A stretch of 64,000 nt of DNA, from contig JBMONN010000024.1 of the NCBI GenBank assembly GCA_049323935.1, forward strand, positions 16,926 through 80,925. The letters run 5' to 3'. The notes beneath the pieces were generated by a model. It searched no databases. It was not told where the DNA came from and was given only the letters and a program-made list of their open reading frames with translations. Position numbers and translations under genes: made by a program. Below are positions 46,204-54,107 of the stretch, piece after piece (positions within the stretch are counted from its first letter, which is position 1; each line of letters opens with the position of its first letter). The DNA is from Thermodesulfobacteriota bacterium (GTDB lineage Bacteria; Desulfobacterota; Desulfobulbia; Desulfobulbales; SURF-16).

Positions 46204-47079
46204 GTGGAGACAGTTGACGATAGTTTCATGAACGGCCTGAAGGGACTGTCACCAGAGCTTCAGAAAAAAATAAAGGACCTGGCCGAAAACCCACAGCTGC
46301 CTGTCTGGCATGAGGAGACCCGTGGCGTACCAAATCTCTGTTTGCGATCAGCCCTCTTTGGCGTAATTCAACGCGGTCGCAGAAAGGCGGTAAAGGGTGA
46401 GCTGGTTGCCGCGGTAAAGGGACTTGATATCCGCTATACCGGCTGGCGTCTGGATCAGGGTGATTTTGACGTTTTGGCTCATGCACTCCATCTTGCATCA
46501 CGACAGCAGGAACAATCACCTTCATGCCATGTGCAGTTTTCAGCTAAAGGGTTTCTGCGAGGAATCGGCCGAACGTCCGGTAAATCCGGGCGGGACTGGC
46601 TAAAAGATTCATTACGGCGTTTAACCGCCTCGGCTGTTGAGATCAAGGCGGAAATCCGGCATGGATGCTGGGCGGAATCTTACACCTATGCCGGTTCGTT
46701 GATCGATGAATTTTACTACAACGTTCGGGAAAGAACCTATTTCCTGAAAATAAACCCTAAACTCGCTTCCCTGTTTGATGCCGGCTGGACCATGTTGCAG
46801 TGGCCACAAAGAATTCTTCTCAAGACCGATCTGGCTAAATGGCTGCACGGTTTTTATGCCAGTCATGCCGTCCCTTATCCGGTGAAAGTTGCAACATTGA
46901 AACATTTATGCGGTTCCGAATGCAATCGGTTGTCTGATTTCCGGGGCAAGTTACGAACCGCATTGGAAGAACTGAGCAAATGTGGCGTTCTTGAATCCTG
47001 GGAAATAGACCGGCAAGACAAGGTTCATGTGCAAAAGAAGAAAAATATTAGCGGCAATGACAAAAATCAGGGGGCATAG
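46204..47079 (+). CDS. TrfA-like plasmid replication initiator
   Basis: GVPNLCLRSALFGVIQRGRR, IRYTGWRLDQGDFDVL, INPKLASLFDAGWT and WLHGFYASHAVPYPVKVATL match remembered TrfA family blocks. Iterons lie immediately downstream. The start may be ATG 46228. Confidence 0.7.
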   Translation: METVDDSFMNGLKGLSPELQKKIKDLAENPQLPVWHEETRGVPNLCLRSALFGVIQRGRRKAVKGELVAAVKGLDIRYTGWRLDQGDFDVLAHALHLASRQQEQSPSCHVQFSAKGFLRGIGRTSGKSGRDWLKDSLRRLTASAVEIKAEIRHGCWAESYTYAGSLIDEFYYNVRERTYFLKINPKLASLFDAGWTMLQWPQRILLKTDLAKWLHGFYASHAVPYPVKVATLKHLCGSECNRLSDFRGKLRTALEELSKCGVLESWEIDRQDKVHVQKKKNISGNDKNQGA

Positions 47080-47239
47080 CGGTCGCATGGGGTGGGCATA
47101 ACAGTCGCAGCGACGGGGCATAGCGGTCGTAAAGGGTGGGCATAACGGTCGCGCATGGGGGGCATAACAGTCGTAAGGGTGGGCATAGCGGTCGCGGAGA
47201 GGTGGGCATAGCAGTCGCACAAAGGGGGCATAGCGGTCG
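47072..47239 (+). repeat. iteron array: 8 direct copies of GGGCATARCRGTCG
   Basis: Copies start at 47072, 47093, 47116, 47138, 47160, 47181, 47203 and 47226 (spacing 21-23 bp, about two helical turns), overlapping and following the rep stop codon. Confidence 0.85.
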
Positions 47240-47289
47240 TAAATCAAAATTAACAAATTTCCCGAAACACTTGCAGCCAAGGAGATTGC

Positions 47290-47340
47290 GGAGGATGGCC
47301 GCATCCTCCTAATCATTTTTAATCTTATTTTAATCTTTTG
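47290..47340 (+). other. GC hairpin followed by AT-rich repeats (candidate terminator / DNA unwinding element of oriV)
   Basis: GGAGGATG gccg CATCCTCC (47290-47309), then TAATCATTTTTAATCTTATTTTAATCTTTT with TTTTAATCTT twice. Confidence 0.4.
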
Positions 47341-47372
47341 TGCATGGGGCATGTAAGAGGCCTGAAACAAAA

Positions 47373-47906
47373 ATGACACGACCAGTCGCAAATATTCAGC
47401 AAACAGACAGCAACGAAATGTGGGCAATGGCAATGCAGTGGGTCTCGGGCAACCGCAAACTCATACGCCAGATTGCATCGCCCTATATCCGGCACATGGC
47501 GGCAGACAGCAATGATCTCTTCCAGGAGGCGGCTATAGCTGCCTACAAAGCGCTGATCTCTTCACAAAAAAAGGAAAAACCAAATCAGTTTGTTCCCTTC
47601 TTCCGGGTCATTTTCAAAACAAACTGCATCAGGCTGGCATCGGGAATTCAGACGGTGCAAAGCCTGGAAGATTATCAACTCCCTTGTCCAGAAAAGCCGG
47701 AGGAGTCGGATGAACTGGAAACCGGCAGGATTGAAGAGGCATTGCAAGCCGTCAGTAAACGGCAGCGGGAAATCTGCATCTGGCTTTTGCAGCAGCCGGA
47801 ACCGGTCAGCACCCCGGATCTGGCCAGGGAGTTCAAGGTCAGCCGGCGACATGCCTGCCGCCTGATCAGCAGCAGTATTGAGCGCATTTCGGGAACGGCT
47901 CGATGA
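47373..47906 (+). CDS. sigma-70 family (ECF-like) RNA polymerase sigma factor
   Basis: Region 2-like DSNDLFQEAAIAAYKAL...FFRVIFKTNCIRLA and region 4 HTH SKRQREICIWLL...STPDLAREFKVSRRHACRLISSSIERI. Confidence 0.6.
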   Translation: MTRPVANIQQTDSNEMWAMAMQWVSGNRKLIRQIASPYIRHMAADSNDLFQEAAIAAYKALISSQKKEKPNQFVPFFRVIFKTNCIRLASGIQTVQSLEDYQLPCPEKPEESDELETGRIEEALQAVSKRQREICIWLLQQPEPVSTPDLAREFKVSRRHACRLISSSIERISGTAR

Positions 47907-48361
47907 ATGTGACGATCACGGAATACGCGGCAGCGTCGCTCATCCCCAAACGCATTCTCCGCTATCTGCACCGTGAAGGAATCATCCAGGATCCTCTCCG
48001 CCCGGAAGACCGGATCGGTCTGCAATTCCTCGAAAAGATCTGGGGCCGGAAAGAGGTGCTTCGAGCTCAATTAACCAAACTCTCCATGAAGGCCCGTCTC
48101 AGTTTTATCAGAACCGCCGACTTCTCAACCAAGTGGGAACGATATGCCTACAGCCGCTTCCGCAACCAGGAGCCGGGGAAAAAGCTGGCCATGCAATCGG
48201 TGATCGAGGAGATCGAAACCACCTTCTTTTTTCGACTGAACAAACAGCAGAGAAACCGGCTGTATAAGATCCGCAACCGGGCCCAGGTTGCCAGGCACCG
48301 GGATAAAATCCTGCCGAAGTTGAACGGCAACCTCTCTTACAGAGCACAAACAAATAAGTAA
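47903..48361 (+). CDS. hypothetical protein with N-terminal MerR-like HTH
   Basis: ITEYAAASLIPKRILRYLHREGII resembles the MerR-type HTH. 4-nt overlap with the sigma gene's stop. Confidence 0.4.
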   Translation: MNVTITEYAAASLIPKRILRYLHREGIIQDPLRPEDRIGLQFLEKIWGRKEVLRAQLTKLSMKARLSFIRTADFSTKWERYAYSRFRNQEPGKKLAMQSVIEEIETTFFFRLNKQQRNRLYKIRNRAQVARHRDKILPKLNGNLSYRAQTNK

Positions 48362-48483
48362 TAAACAGCATTTATTGGCCGCTTACCGGAAAAGAAAAAT
48401 TCAACTCTGCCGGGTAAATCCGGACAAAAAGTTTGGAAGACCGGTCACACGATCAGGAAAAAGAAAACAGAGGTGAGACAACA

Positions 48484-49212
48484 ATGAAAAAAACTCTTCT
48501 ACTGTCAACTGCCTGTTTGTTCTGCTACGCGTCTCTAACCCGGGCCGATACCTGCGGTGACGAGGCTCGTTTCATCCTGCATAGCACCTATCCCTCTTTT
48601 TCCTTCGAAACAGTGAGCCCTACGCCGATAGATGATCTCTGCGAGGTGGCTTCCGAAAAGAACACCATCTATTTCGCACCAAAGACAGGCCATATCATCT
48701 TCGGGGAAATCTGGAGCAAAGAAGGCAGCAACATTACCGCGGAAGAGCAGGAAAAAAGAATTACCCGCTCACTTGACGCCTTGCCGCTTGCCAAGGCGGT
48801 AAAAATCGGCAGCGGCTCCAATACGGTCATCGAGATAACCGACCCTGATTGCCCATATTGCCGCAAAGGTTCAGAATTCTTTGCCGGCAGGACTGATGTG
48901 ACCAGATATATCTTTTTCATGCCGCTCGATCAGATGCATCCCGGCGTCAACCGCAAGGCGGAATTCATCCTGGCCGCCAAGGATCAGGCCAAGGCGTATG
49001 AGCAGGTGATGTCAGGGGCCTATGACCACTCCCCGCTTCCGGAATTCACCCCTGCCGGCTTGCTTGATGAGCACCGAAAGATCGCTGCAGGACTGCGGAT
49101 CAGTTCAACCCCCAGATACTGGATCAACGGTCAGCCGGTATCCGGATTCAACCCCACTCAAATTGAGAAAATTCTCAGCAATACCGGCCGGGAAAAGGCC
49201 GGTGACCATTAA
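48484..49212 (+). CDS. DsbC-like thiol:disulfide interchange protein
   Basis: Signal peptide MKKTLLLSTACLFCYASLTRA; thioredoxin-fold active site DPDCPYCRK. A typical companion of F-type tra operons. Confidence 0.75.
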   Translation: MKKTLLLSTACLFCYASLTRADTCGDEARFILHSTYPSFSFETVSPTPIDDLCEVASEKNTIYFAPKTGHIIFGEIWSKEGSNITAEEQEKRITRSLDALPLAKAVKIGSGSNTVIEITDPDCPYCRKGSEFFAGRTDVTRYIFFMPLDQMHPGVNRKAEFILAAKDQAKAYEQVMSGAYDHSPLPEFTPAGLLDEHRKIAAGLRISSTPRYWINGQPVSGFNPTQIEKILSNTGREKAGDH

Positions 49213-49230
49213 TCTTTACGAGGACATGAT

Positions 49231-49590
49231 ATGAAGAAAGTAAAAAATCCCGTGATCCGTCTTGGCGGCCTGTTCCCCATGGGCTGTAAACACAAGAAAT
49301 CAATCATCACCCTGATGGTTTTCGGGGCGACATGTCTGCTTGCCGCAAGCAGGGCGAATGCCTTCAACGCCCCGGCCGCGGGCACCTTTGCCTTTGATAT
49401 TTACGATATCGGGGTCAATCAGATCCTGAAAGGCCCCATCGGTTTTGCCGCCGGGGTCGGGTCCATGGTGGCCGCCTCGGTCATGGCCATCCGGCAGATG
49501 CTGTTGCCGGCTGCGGCGACCGTGCTTGGCGGCGCCTTTCTTCTCAAGGCCGACAGTGTTGTTACCTCTCTGGGCGCGCTGATCGGGTAA
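49231..49590 (+). CDS. TraA-like propilin (candidate)
   Basis: Long leader ending ...AASRANA|FNAP, then about 70 aa with two hydrophobic segments. Sits directly before traL. Confidence 0.5.
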   Translation: MKKVKNPVIRLGGLFPMGCKHKKSIITLMVFGATCLLAASRANAFNAPAAGTFAFDIYDIGVNQILKGPIGFAAGVGSMVAASVMAIRQMLLPAAATVLGGAFLLKADSVVTSLGALIG

Positions 49591-49595
49591 GCCAG

Positions 49596-49874
49596 ATGTC
49601 GGACAACGTAAAAAGAGCCTTTCCCCAATATCTTTCCGCGCCGTTTCAGATCCTCTGGTACGAAAGCGACGAGCTGGCCCTGTTCATGTTCTTTCTGGTC
49701 CTGGCCCTGATGTACGGCAATGTTTTCTGGTTGCTGCTCATTCCCGGGCCATATATCTACAGCCGGATCAAACGGCAGAACCCCCGGGGTTTTCTCTGTC
49801 ATCTACTCTACATGGCGGGACTCATCAGGATGAAAAATTATCCATCGTATTTTGAGAAGGTTTTCATCGAATAG
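49596..49874 (+). CDS. traL: type-F conjugative transfer protein TraL
   Basis: 92 aa, LSAPFQILWYESDELALF..., one TM segment, RGFLCHLLYMAGL motif; synteny traL-E-K-B. Confidence 0.8.
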   Translation: MSDNVKRAFPQYLSAPFQILWYESDELALFMFFLVLALMYGNVFWLLLIPGPYIYSRIKRQNPRGFLCHLLYMAGLIRMKNYPSYFEKVFIE

Positions 49875-49880
49875 GCCGCC

Positions 49881-50438
49881 ATGCACATGAGTATTTTCCT
49901 CCAGAAAACCAGCAACCTGTTCACTGAAAACAGGCTGCTGAAATTTGTGATCGTCGTGCTTACCATGGCCATGGTGGTCAACTCCTTGCTGGTGAACCGG
50001 GCGATCAAATACCAGCGGGTCATCCTGATCCCGCCTAAAATCACCGGCAGTATAGAATTTGTGGAAGGGAAACCCTCTGACCAGTACATCCGTGATCTGG
50101 CCCGGAGAATGGTGAGTCTTGCCGCCACCTATTCACCGGCCACAGCCAGGAATCAATTTGATGAATTCCTCGGATTCTACGCTCCCGACGCCTACCCCGA
50201 GGCCGCCAAAGCCTGGTATGCCCTGGCCGGCCGGGTTGAGGAAAGCCAGGTCAGCACGGTCTTTTATCTGCGCAACCTGATCCTGGACAGCAAAAGTCAG
50301 CGCCTGGAATTAAGCGGCGATCAGCGGCAGTTTGCCGAGGACCGGCTCATTGAATCCGGCCGGAAGACCTATGAGGCCAGATACAGTATCGAGGACGGCC
50401 GGTTTTTCCTCATCTCGTTTCTGGAAAAGCATCCGTAG
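49881..50438 (+). CDS. traE: type-F conjugative transfer protein TraE
   Basis: 185 aa, N-terminal TM (LLKFVIVVLTMAMVVNSLL), then RVILIPP...; size and position as TraE. Confidence 0.8.
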   Translation: MHMSIFLQKTSNLFTENRLLKFVIVVLTMAMVVNSLLVNRAIKYQRVILIPPKITGSIEFVEGKPSDQYIRDLARRMVSLAATYSPATARNQFDEFLGFYAPDAYPEAAKAWYALAGRVEESQVSTVFYLRNLILDSKSQRLELSGDQRQFAEDRLIESGRKTYEARYSIEDGRFFLISFLEKHP

Positions 50439-50459
50439 CGGCGGAAGTGGAGGGATAAG

Positions 50460-51206
50460 ATGTTTAAATTCTGTTCGATGATAATCATACTGGCCCTGTT
50501 TGTTGTTGCTCCTGTTCTGGCCGACCAACTCACCGGCCCGATTCCGCCGGAGGTAACGACCGCGGTGGATCTGTCCTCTTCCGATGTCAACCGGATCAAT
50601 TGCCCCGGTACGATCAATGATCTGATTTTTTCCAAGGAAAAAGGGATTGAAGGGCATTTTGTGGGGAGTAACGCCTTTGTCAAATTTGCCATCACCGTAG
50701 AAGGTGATGAAAAACTCTACGCGGATACGCCCAGCGAGCTATTCGTCAGCTGCAACAACACCATTTATACCCTGATTGCCACGCCTAAAAGAATCCCTTC
50801 CGTCACCCTGCGCCTGGCACCCTCTCCATCCCAGGACCTGAAACAGAATATCGACCACTACCAGGCCCTGCCTTTTGAGAAAAAGGTGCTGCAGCTGGTG
50901 CGCGAAGCCTACCTGCAGGAGTATCAGGAGAGCTACCGGATAGCCGCGGCTGACGTAGAAGTCAACATCTCCGCTGATTTGACCGCCCGCCTGCAAAAGA
51001 TCGTGGATGTTGAAGGGGTGGGCCTGCGCTTGAAGGAATATCTGGTACGACCGACTGCTGACCAACCTGTCAGTATCACGGAAAAGGATTTCCTGAAATC
51101 CCGGCTGGGTGAACGGATCATTGCCGTGGCGGTCGAAGACCATACCATTGGGCCGGGCAAGCCGTCCCGTGTCTTTATTGTCGAGCAACGGGGAGAGGAG
51201 TCGTGA
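50460..51206 (+). CDS. traK: type-F conjugative transfer protein TraK (VirB9-like)
   Basis: Signal peptide, SSSDVNRINCPG motif; size and synteny. Confidence 0.8.
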   Translation: MFKFCSMIIILALFVVAPVLADQLTGPIPPEVTTAVDLSSSDVNRINCPGTINDLIFSKEKGIEGHFVGSNAFVKFAITVEGDEKLYADTPSELFVSCNNTIYTLIATPKRIPSVTLRLAPSPSQDLKQNIDHYQALPFEKKVLQLVREAYLQEYQESYRIAAADVEVNISADLTARLQKIVDVEGVGLRLKEYLVRPTADQPVSITEKDFLKSRLGERIIAVAVEDHTIGPGKPSRVFIVEQRGEES

Positions 51207-52378
51207 GCCTGAAAGAACGTTTTAATTCTCTGAGCCCTCTGCGGAAGAAAATCTGCATCTGGTCCCTGGTAGGCGCGGCTATGCTGATTATCGTGGTCGC
51301 GGGATATAAGACCAGCCGGAATCCGCAATCGGAGTCAACCGCGAGACTGGAAAAAACCCGGGAGATTTCCCTGGACCCGGATCTGATCGAGAAAACCATG
51401 CTGCGGGAACAACGCAAAGAGATCGAGAACATGCAGGCCCAGATCAAAAAACTCGCAGATGATGAGGAAGACAGGCGGCAGTCGGAAAATTTTCCACCAC
51501 CAATTCCAGCCGAAAACCAGTTCCCGGAGATCCCTTCCGCTGACCAGGTGGAACAATCCGCCTCCTCACCTTATTTCGGTACCCCTGTTTCCCCCAGATT
51601 CCCGGCTCCGCCGATGCCGCAGACTCCGCCGCCTCCAATGGAAGAAAAAGTCATCGGCGGCATTGGTATCCTCTCCAACCAGAGCGCCCTGTCTCCGGTT
51701 GTTGCTGACCAGGGGGATAAAAAAAAAGAGAACCGGACGGTCTATCTGCCGCCATCATTTATGGAGGCCATGTTGCTGACCGGTTTCGATGCTTCTACCT
51801 CGGGGGAAGGCAAGAACAACCCGGAACCGCTTCTGCTGCGCATCCAGGCCCCGGCGGTACTGCCCAATGATGTCAAAGCCAATCTACGGGGCTGCTTCAT
51901 CATTGCCGAGGCGGTCGGACGGCTCAATAAGGAACGGGCCGATGTGCGACTGGTGTCCTTGTCCTGCATCGGCCGCAACGGCCAGGCGGTGATTGATACC
52001 ACGGTCAAGGGCTTTGTGACGGACAGCGACAGCAAGGTGGGGCTTTCCGGACGGGTGGTTTCCAAAATGGGGGCCGCTACCGCCAGGGCGGTGGTGGCCG
52101 GTATTTTCGGCGGTGCGGGTAACGCCCTGCAGGCTTCCTCCCTCACCCAATCGACCTCGGCCCTGGGCACCACAAGCTTTGTTGACAGTGATCAACTGGC
52201 CAAGTCGGCGGCTGGCGGCGGTCTGGCCGAAGGCTCAAAGACCCTGCAGGAACTCTATCTCGATCTGGCCAAACAGGCCACGCCGGTGATCGAGGTCGGG
52301 GCCGCCAAACAGGTGACGGTGGTCATTTCGGAAGGGAAGCAGTTGGAAATTAAGGAGTTCGAAAGAGAAACACTGTAG
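51203..52378 (+). CDS. traB: type-F conjugative transfer protein TraB (VirB10-like)
   Basis: N-terminal TM, Pro-rich linker (PPPIPAENQFPEIP...PPMPQTPPPP), C-terminal TrbI/VirB10 beta-domain. 4-nt overlap with traK. Confidence 0.8.
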   Translation: MSLKERFNSLSPLRKKICIWSLVGAAMLIIVVAGYKTSRNPQSESTARLEKTREISLDPDLIEKTMLREQRKEIENMQAQIKKLADDEEDRRQSENFPPPIPAENQFPEIPSADQVEQSASSPYFGTPVSPRFPAPPMPQTPPPPMEEKVIGGIGILSNQSALSPVVADQGDKKKENRTVYLPPSFMEAMLLTGFDASTSGEGKNNPEPLLLRIQAPAVLPNDVKANLRGCFIIAEAVGRLNKERADVRLVSLSCIGRNGQAVIDTTVKGFVTDSDSKVGLSGRVVSKMGAATARAVVAGIFGGAGNALQASSLTQSTSALGTTSFVDSDQLAKSAAGGGLAEGSKTLQELYLDLAKQATPVIEVGAAKQVTVVISEGKQLEIKEFERETL

Positions 52379-52391
52379 CAATCCGGGAAAA

Positions 52392-52976
52392 TCAAGAACG
52401 CACGAATTCCAGTAATGGTTGGTATTGACGCCTGTCCGCAGCCTGGAGCGCCGCGATGTAACGTTGCCGGCAGTCTCCTGGGTGAACCAGATTTTCGCTG
52501 CCCCATGTGAAACGAGGCCGGCCAAGAACATGGACAAGGAGCAGATCCGCCATGAGTCTTGCATGGCGACCATTGCCGTTTGCAAAGAGATGTATGGATA
52601 CGAGACGATGATGAAATCGTGCCGCAATCTCATCAGGGGGATAGCTGTTAAGATCGATCCATGTTTGCACATCGTCCAACAGATTTTTCAGACTTGTGCC
52701 GATTGCCCAGCATTCAACACCGATATTCTTCCCGCTGCGGCGGAATTCGCCGGCCCATCGCCAGACAGTGCCGAACATTCGTTTGTGAAGCCGGCAAACA
52801 AAATCCACACTGAGCAGATCCCTGGGTTTGCGTCGCAACGCCCACACCTCGGCTTCGGCAATATTGTCCTGCTCCCAGCGGTCGAGTTCGCTTCTGTTGG
52901 TGATATGCGGAAGAAGCAGGCCTTTCGCCTCGTCAGGATCAAGAGGGGTTGCTCCTGGAGGATAATCATACTGCAT
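52392..52976 (-). CDS. Fic domain protein ('mobile mystery protein B' type)
   Basis: Fic active-site motif HLFANGNGRHAR (HxFxxGNGRxxR). 194 aa; start overlaps the upstream HTH gene by 11 nt. Confidence 0.85.
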   Translation of the reverse strand: MQYDYPPGATPLDPDEAKGLLLPHITNRSELDRWEQDNIAEAEVWALRRKPRDLLSVDFVCRLHKRMFGTVWRWAGEFRRSGKNIGVECWAIGTSLKNLLDDVQTWIDLNSYPPDEIAARFHHRLVSIHLFANGNGRHARLMADLLLVHVLGRPRFTWGSENLVHPGDCRQRYIAALQAADRRQYQPLLEFVRS

Positions 52977-53442
52977 CGTTGTCGTCCCACAATTCTTTCG
53001 GCATATTTCGGATCAAGGCATCCACTTCCGCTTCAATCGCCTTTTTCTGTTCGGCGGCGGAGAGCTGTTGCGCTTCGAGAAGCATCGTGTGCGAGACCCT
53101 TGCCAGCCGTTTCCCGGCAAGAATTTCCGCGCGCCGGTGCACAATAGCAGCCAGGCTGTCACGAGGCAGCAAGGCATAGACAAAAACGCAATCCAGGGCC
53201 TCGGCAGCCTGGCGCATGGTTTTGATGGTAACAGAATCACTCAGTTCTTTCTTCTCCAGGCTGGTAACCCATGGTGGAGAAACCCCAAGGCGCTGGGCAA
53301 ACTGTCTCCCCGACATCCCCAGGGCTTCTCTGATGGCACGCAGCCAGCCTTTGGCCGGACGTTGTACGTCGCGCAAACATGAGAGGCGGGCAAATGTTGT
53401 TTCCAACTGCTCCTGTATCAGTCGTCTATGAAGAGGCTTCAT
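52966..53442 (-). CDS. XRE-type HTH partner of Fic ('mobile mystery protein A' type)
   Basis: HTH LRAIREALGMSGRQFAQRLGVSPPWVTSLEKKE. 158 aa; coupled to the Fic gene. Confidence 0.75.
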   Translation of the reverse strand: MKPLHRRLIQEQLETTFARLSCLRDVQRPAKGWLRAIREALGMSGRQFAQRLGVSPPWVTSLEKKELSDSVTIKTMRQAAEALDCVFVYALLPRDSLAAIVHRRAEILAGKRLARVSHTMLLEAQQLSAAEQKKAIEAEVDALIRNMPKELWDDNDAV

Positions 53443-53688
53443 TTTATTAACCTTTAGATTAATTATTGTTTCATCTATATTAATCTATAAATTAATTATT
53501 TCAACACAAAATTAATACATAGGTTAATATAACGCAGAATAAACCATAATCAGCTTCGTTTTTATTCAAAAAACCAGCCCTCTCTTTCCAGGTGGTGGCA
53601 CATGCCGTTTATCCTTTTAAGGTCATCCCCTCGAAAAAGAGAAGAAAAGCCTTTTTTCCAGACAATCCATATTCCGGAAACTTTACTG

Positions 53689-54105
53689 ATGAAACCATCT
53701 TCCAATTTTGCACCCTGCAGTTTCTTCTTCCTTCTCCTCCTGCTGCTGCTTTCTGGCTGCGGTGCGGCCTTGAATCCCTATCATGAAAATTTCAACTGCG
53801 ATGCTCCGGACGATGCTGGAAAGTGCGTTGATACCAAGACAGCCTATGAAGAGGCGGTGCGCACTCCTCAAATCCCGGAACAAAAGTCCGCCGCTCCCGA
53901 GGAAGATGTTGAAGCAGCCCGGCTTTCCCGGCTTGCGGAGCTGCTTAAAGAACCACAGACGCCGATGATCGAGCCGCCGCGCATTCTGCGGGTGCTGATC
54001 CTGCCCTACAAGGGAAACGGCGATCTGTTCATGGCCCGTTACGCCTATCTGCAGGTGGAATTGGCCAAGTGGGGGCTGACCGGCATTGACGAGGGTATTG
54101 AATAA
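53689..54105 (+). CDS. traV: type-F conjugative transfer lipoprotein TraV
   Basis: Lipobox LLLSGC, then NPYHENFNCDAPDDAGKC (paired Cys of TraV). Position before traC. Confidence 0.75.
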   Translation: MKPSSNFAPCSFFFLLLLLLLSGCGAALNPYHENFNCDAPDDAGKCVDTKTAYEEAVRTPQIPEQKSAAPEEDVEAARLSRLAELLKEPQTPMIEPPRILRVLILPYKGNGDLFMARYAYLQVELAKWGLTGIDEGIE

Positions 54106-54107
54106 CG

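Noticed and set aside
47072-47239. Regular direct repeats considered as a possible CRISPR array
   Set aside because: The repeat core is only 14 nt, with 7-9 nt between copies (22-bp period), and there are no cas genes. The array overlaps and follows the end of a TrfA-like rep gene. This is iteron geometry, not CRISPR.
46951-47433. 160-aa minus-strand ORF spanning the iteron region
   Set aside because: Its periodic peptide (..CPPL..YAHP..) is simply the translated iterons. It overlaps the rep 3' end and oriV, so it is an artefact.
53592-53615. Sigma54-type promoter (TGGCACATGCCGTTTAT) upstream of traV, and a similar TGGCAAAAGACACTGCG near 35745
   Set aside because: The spacing from GG to the downstream dinucleotide, and that dinucleotide itself, do not fit the -24/-12 consensus. 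The 35.7-kb site also points away from any gene.
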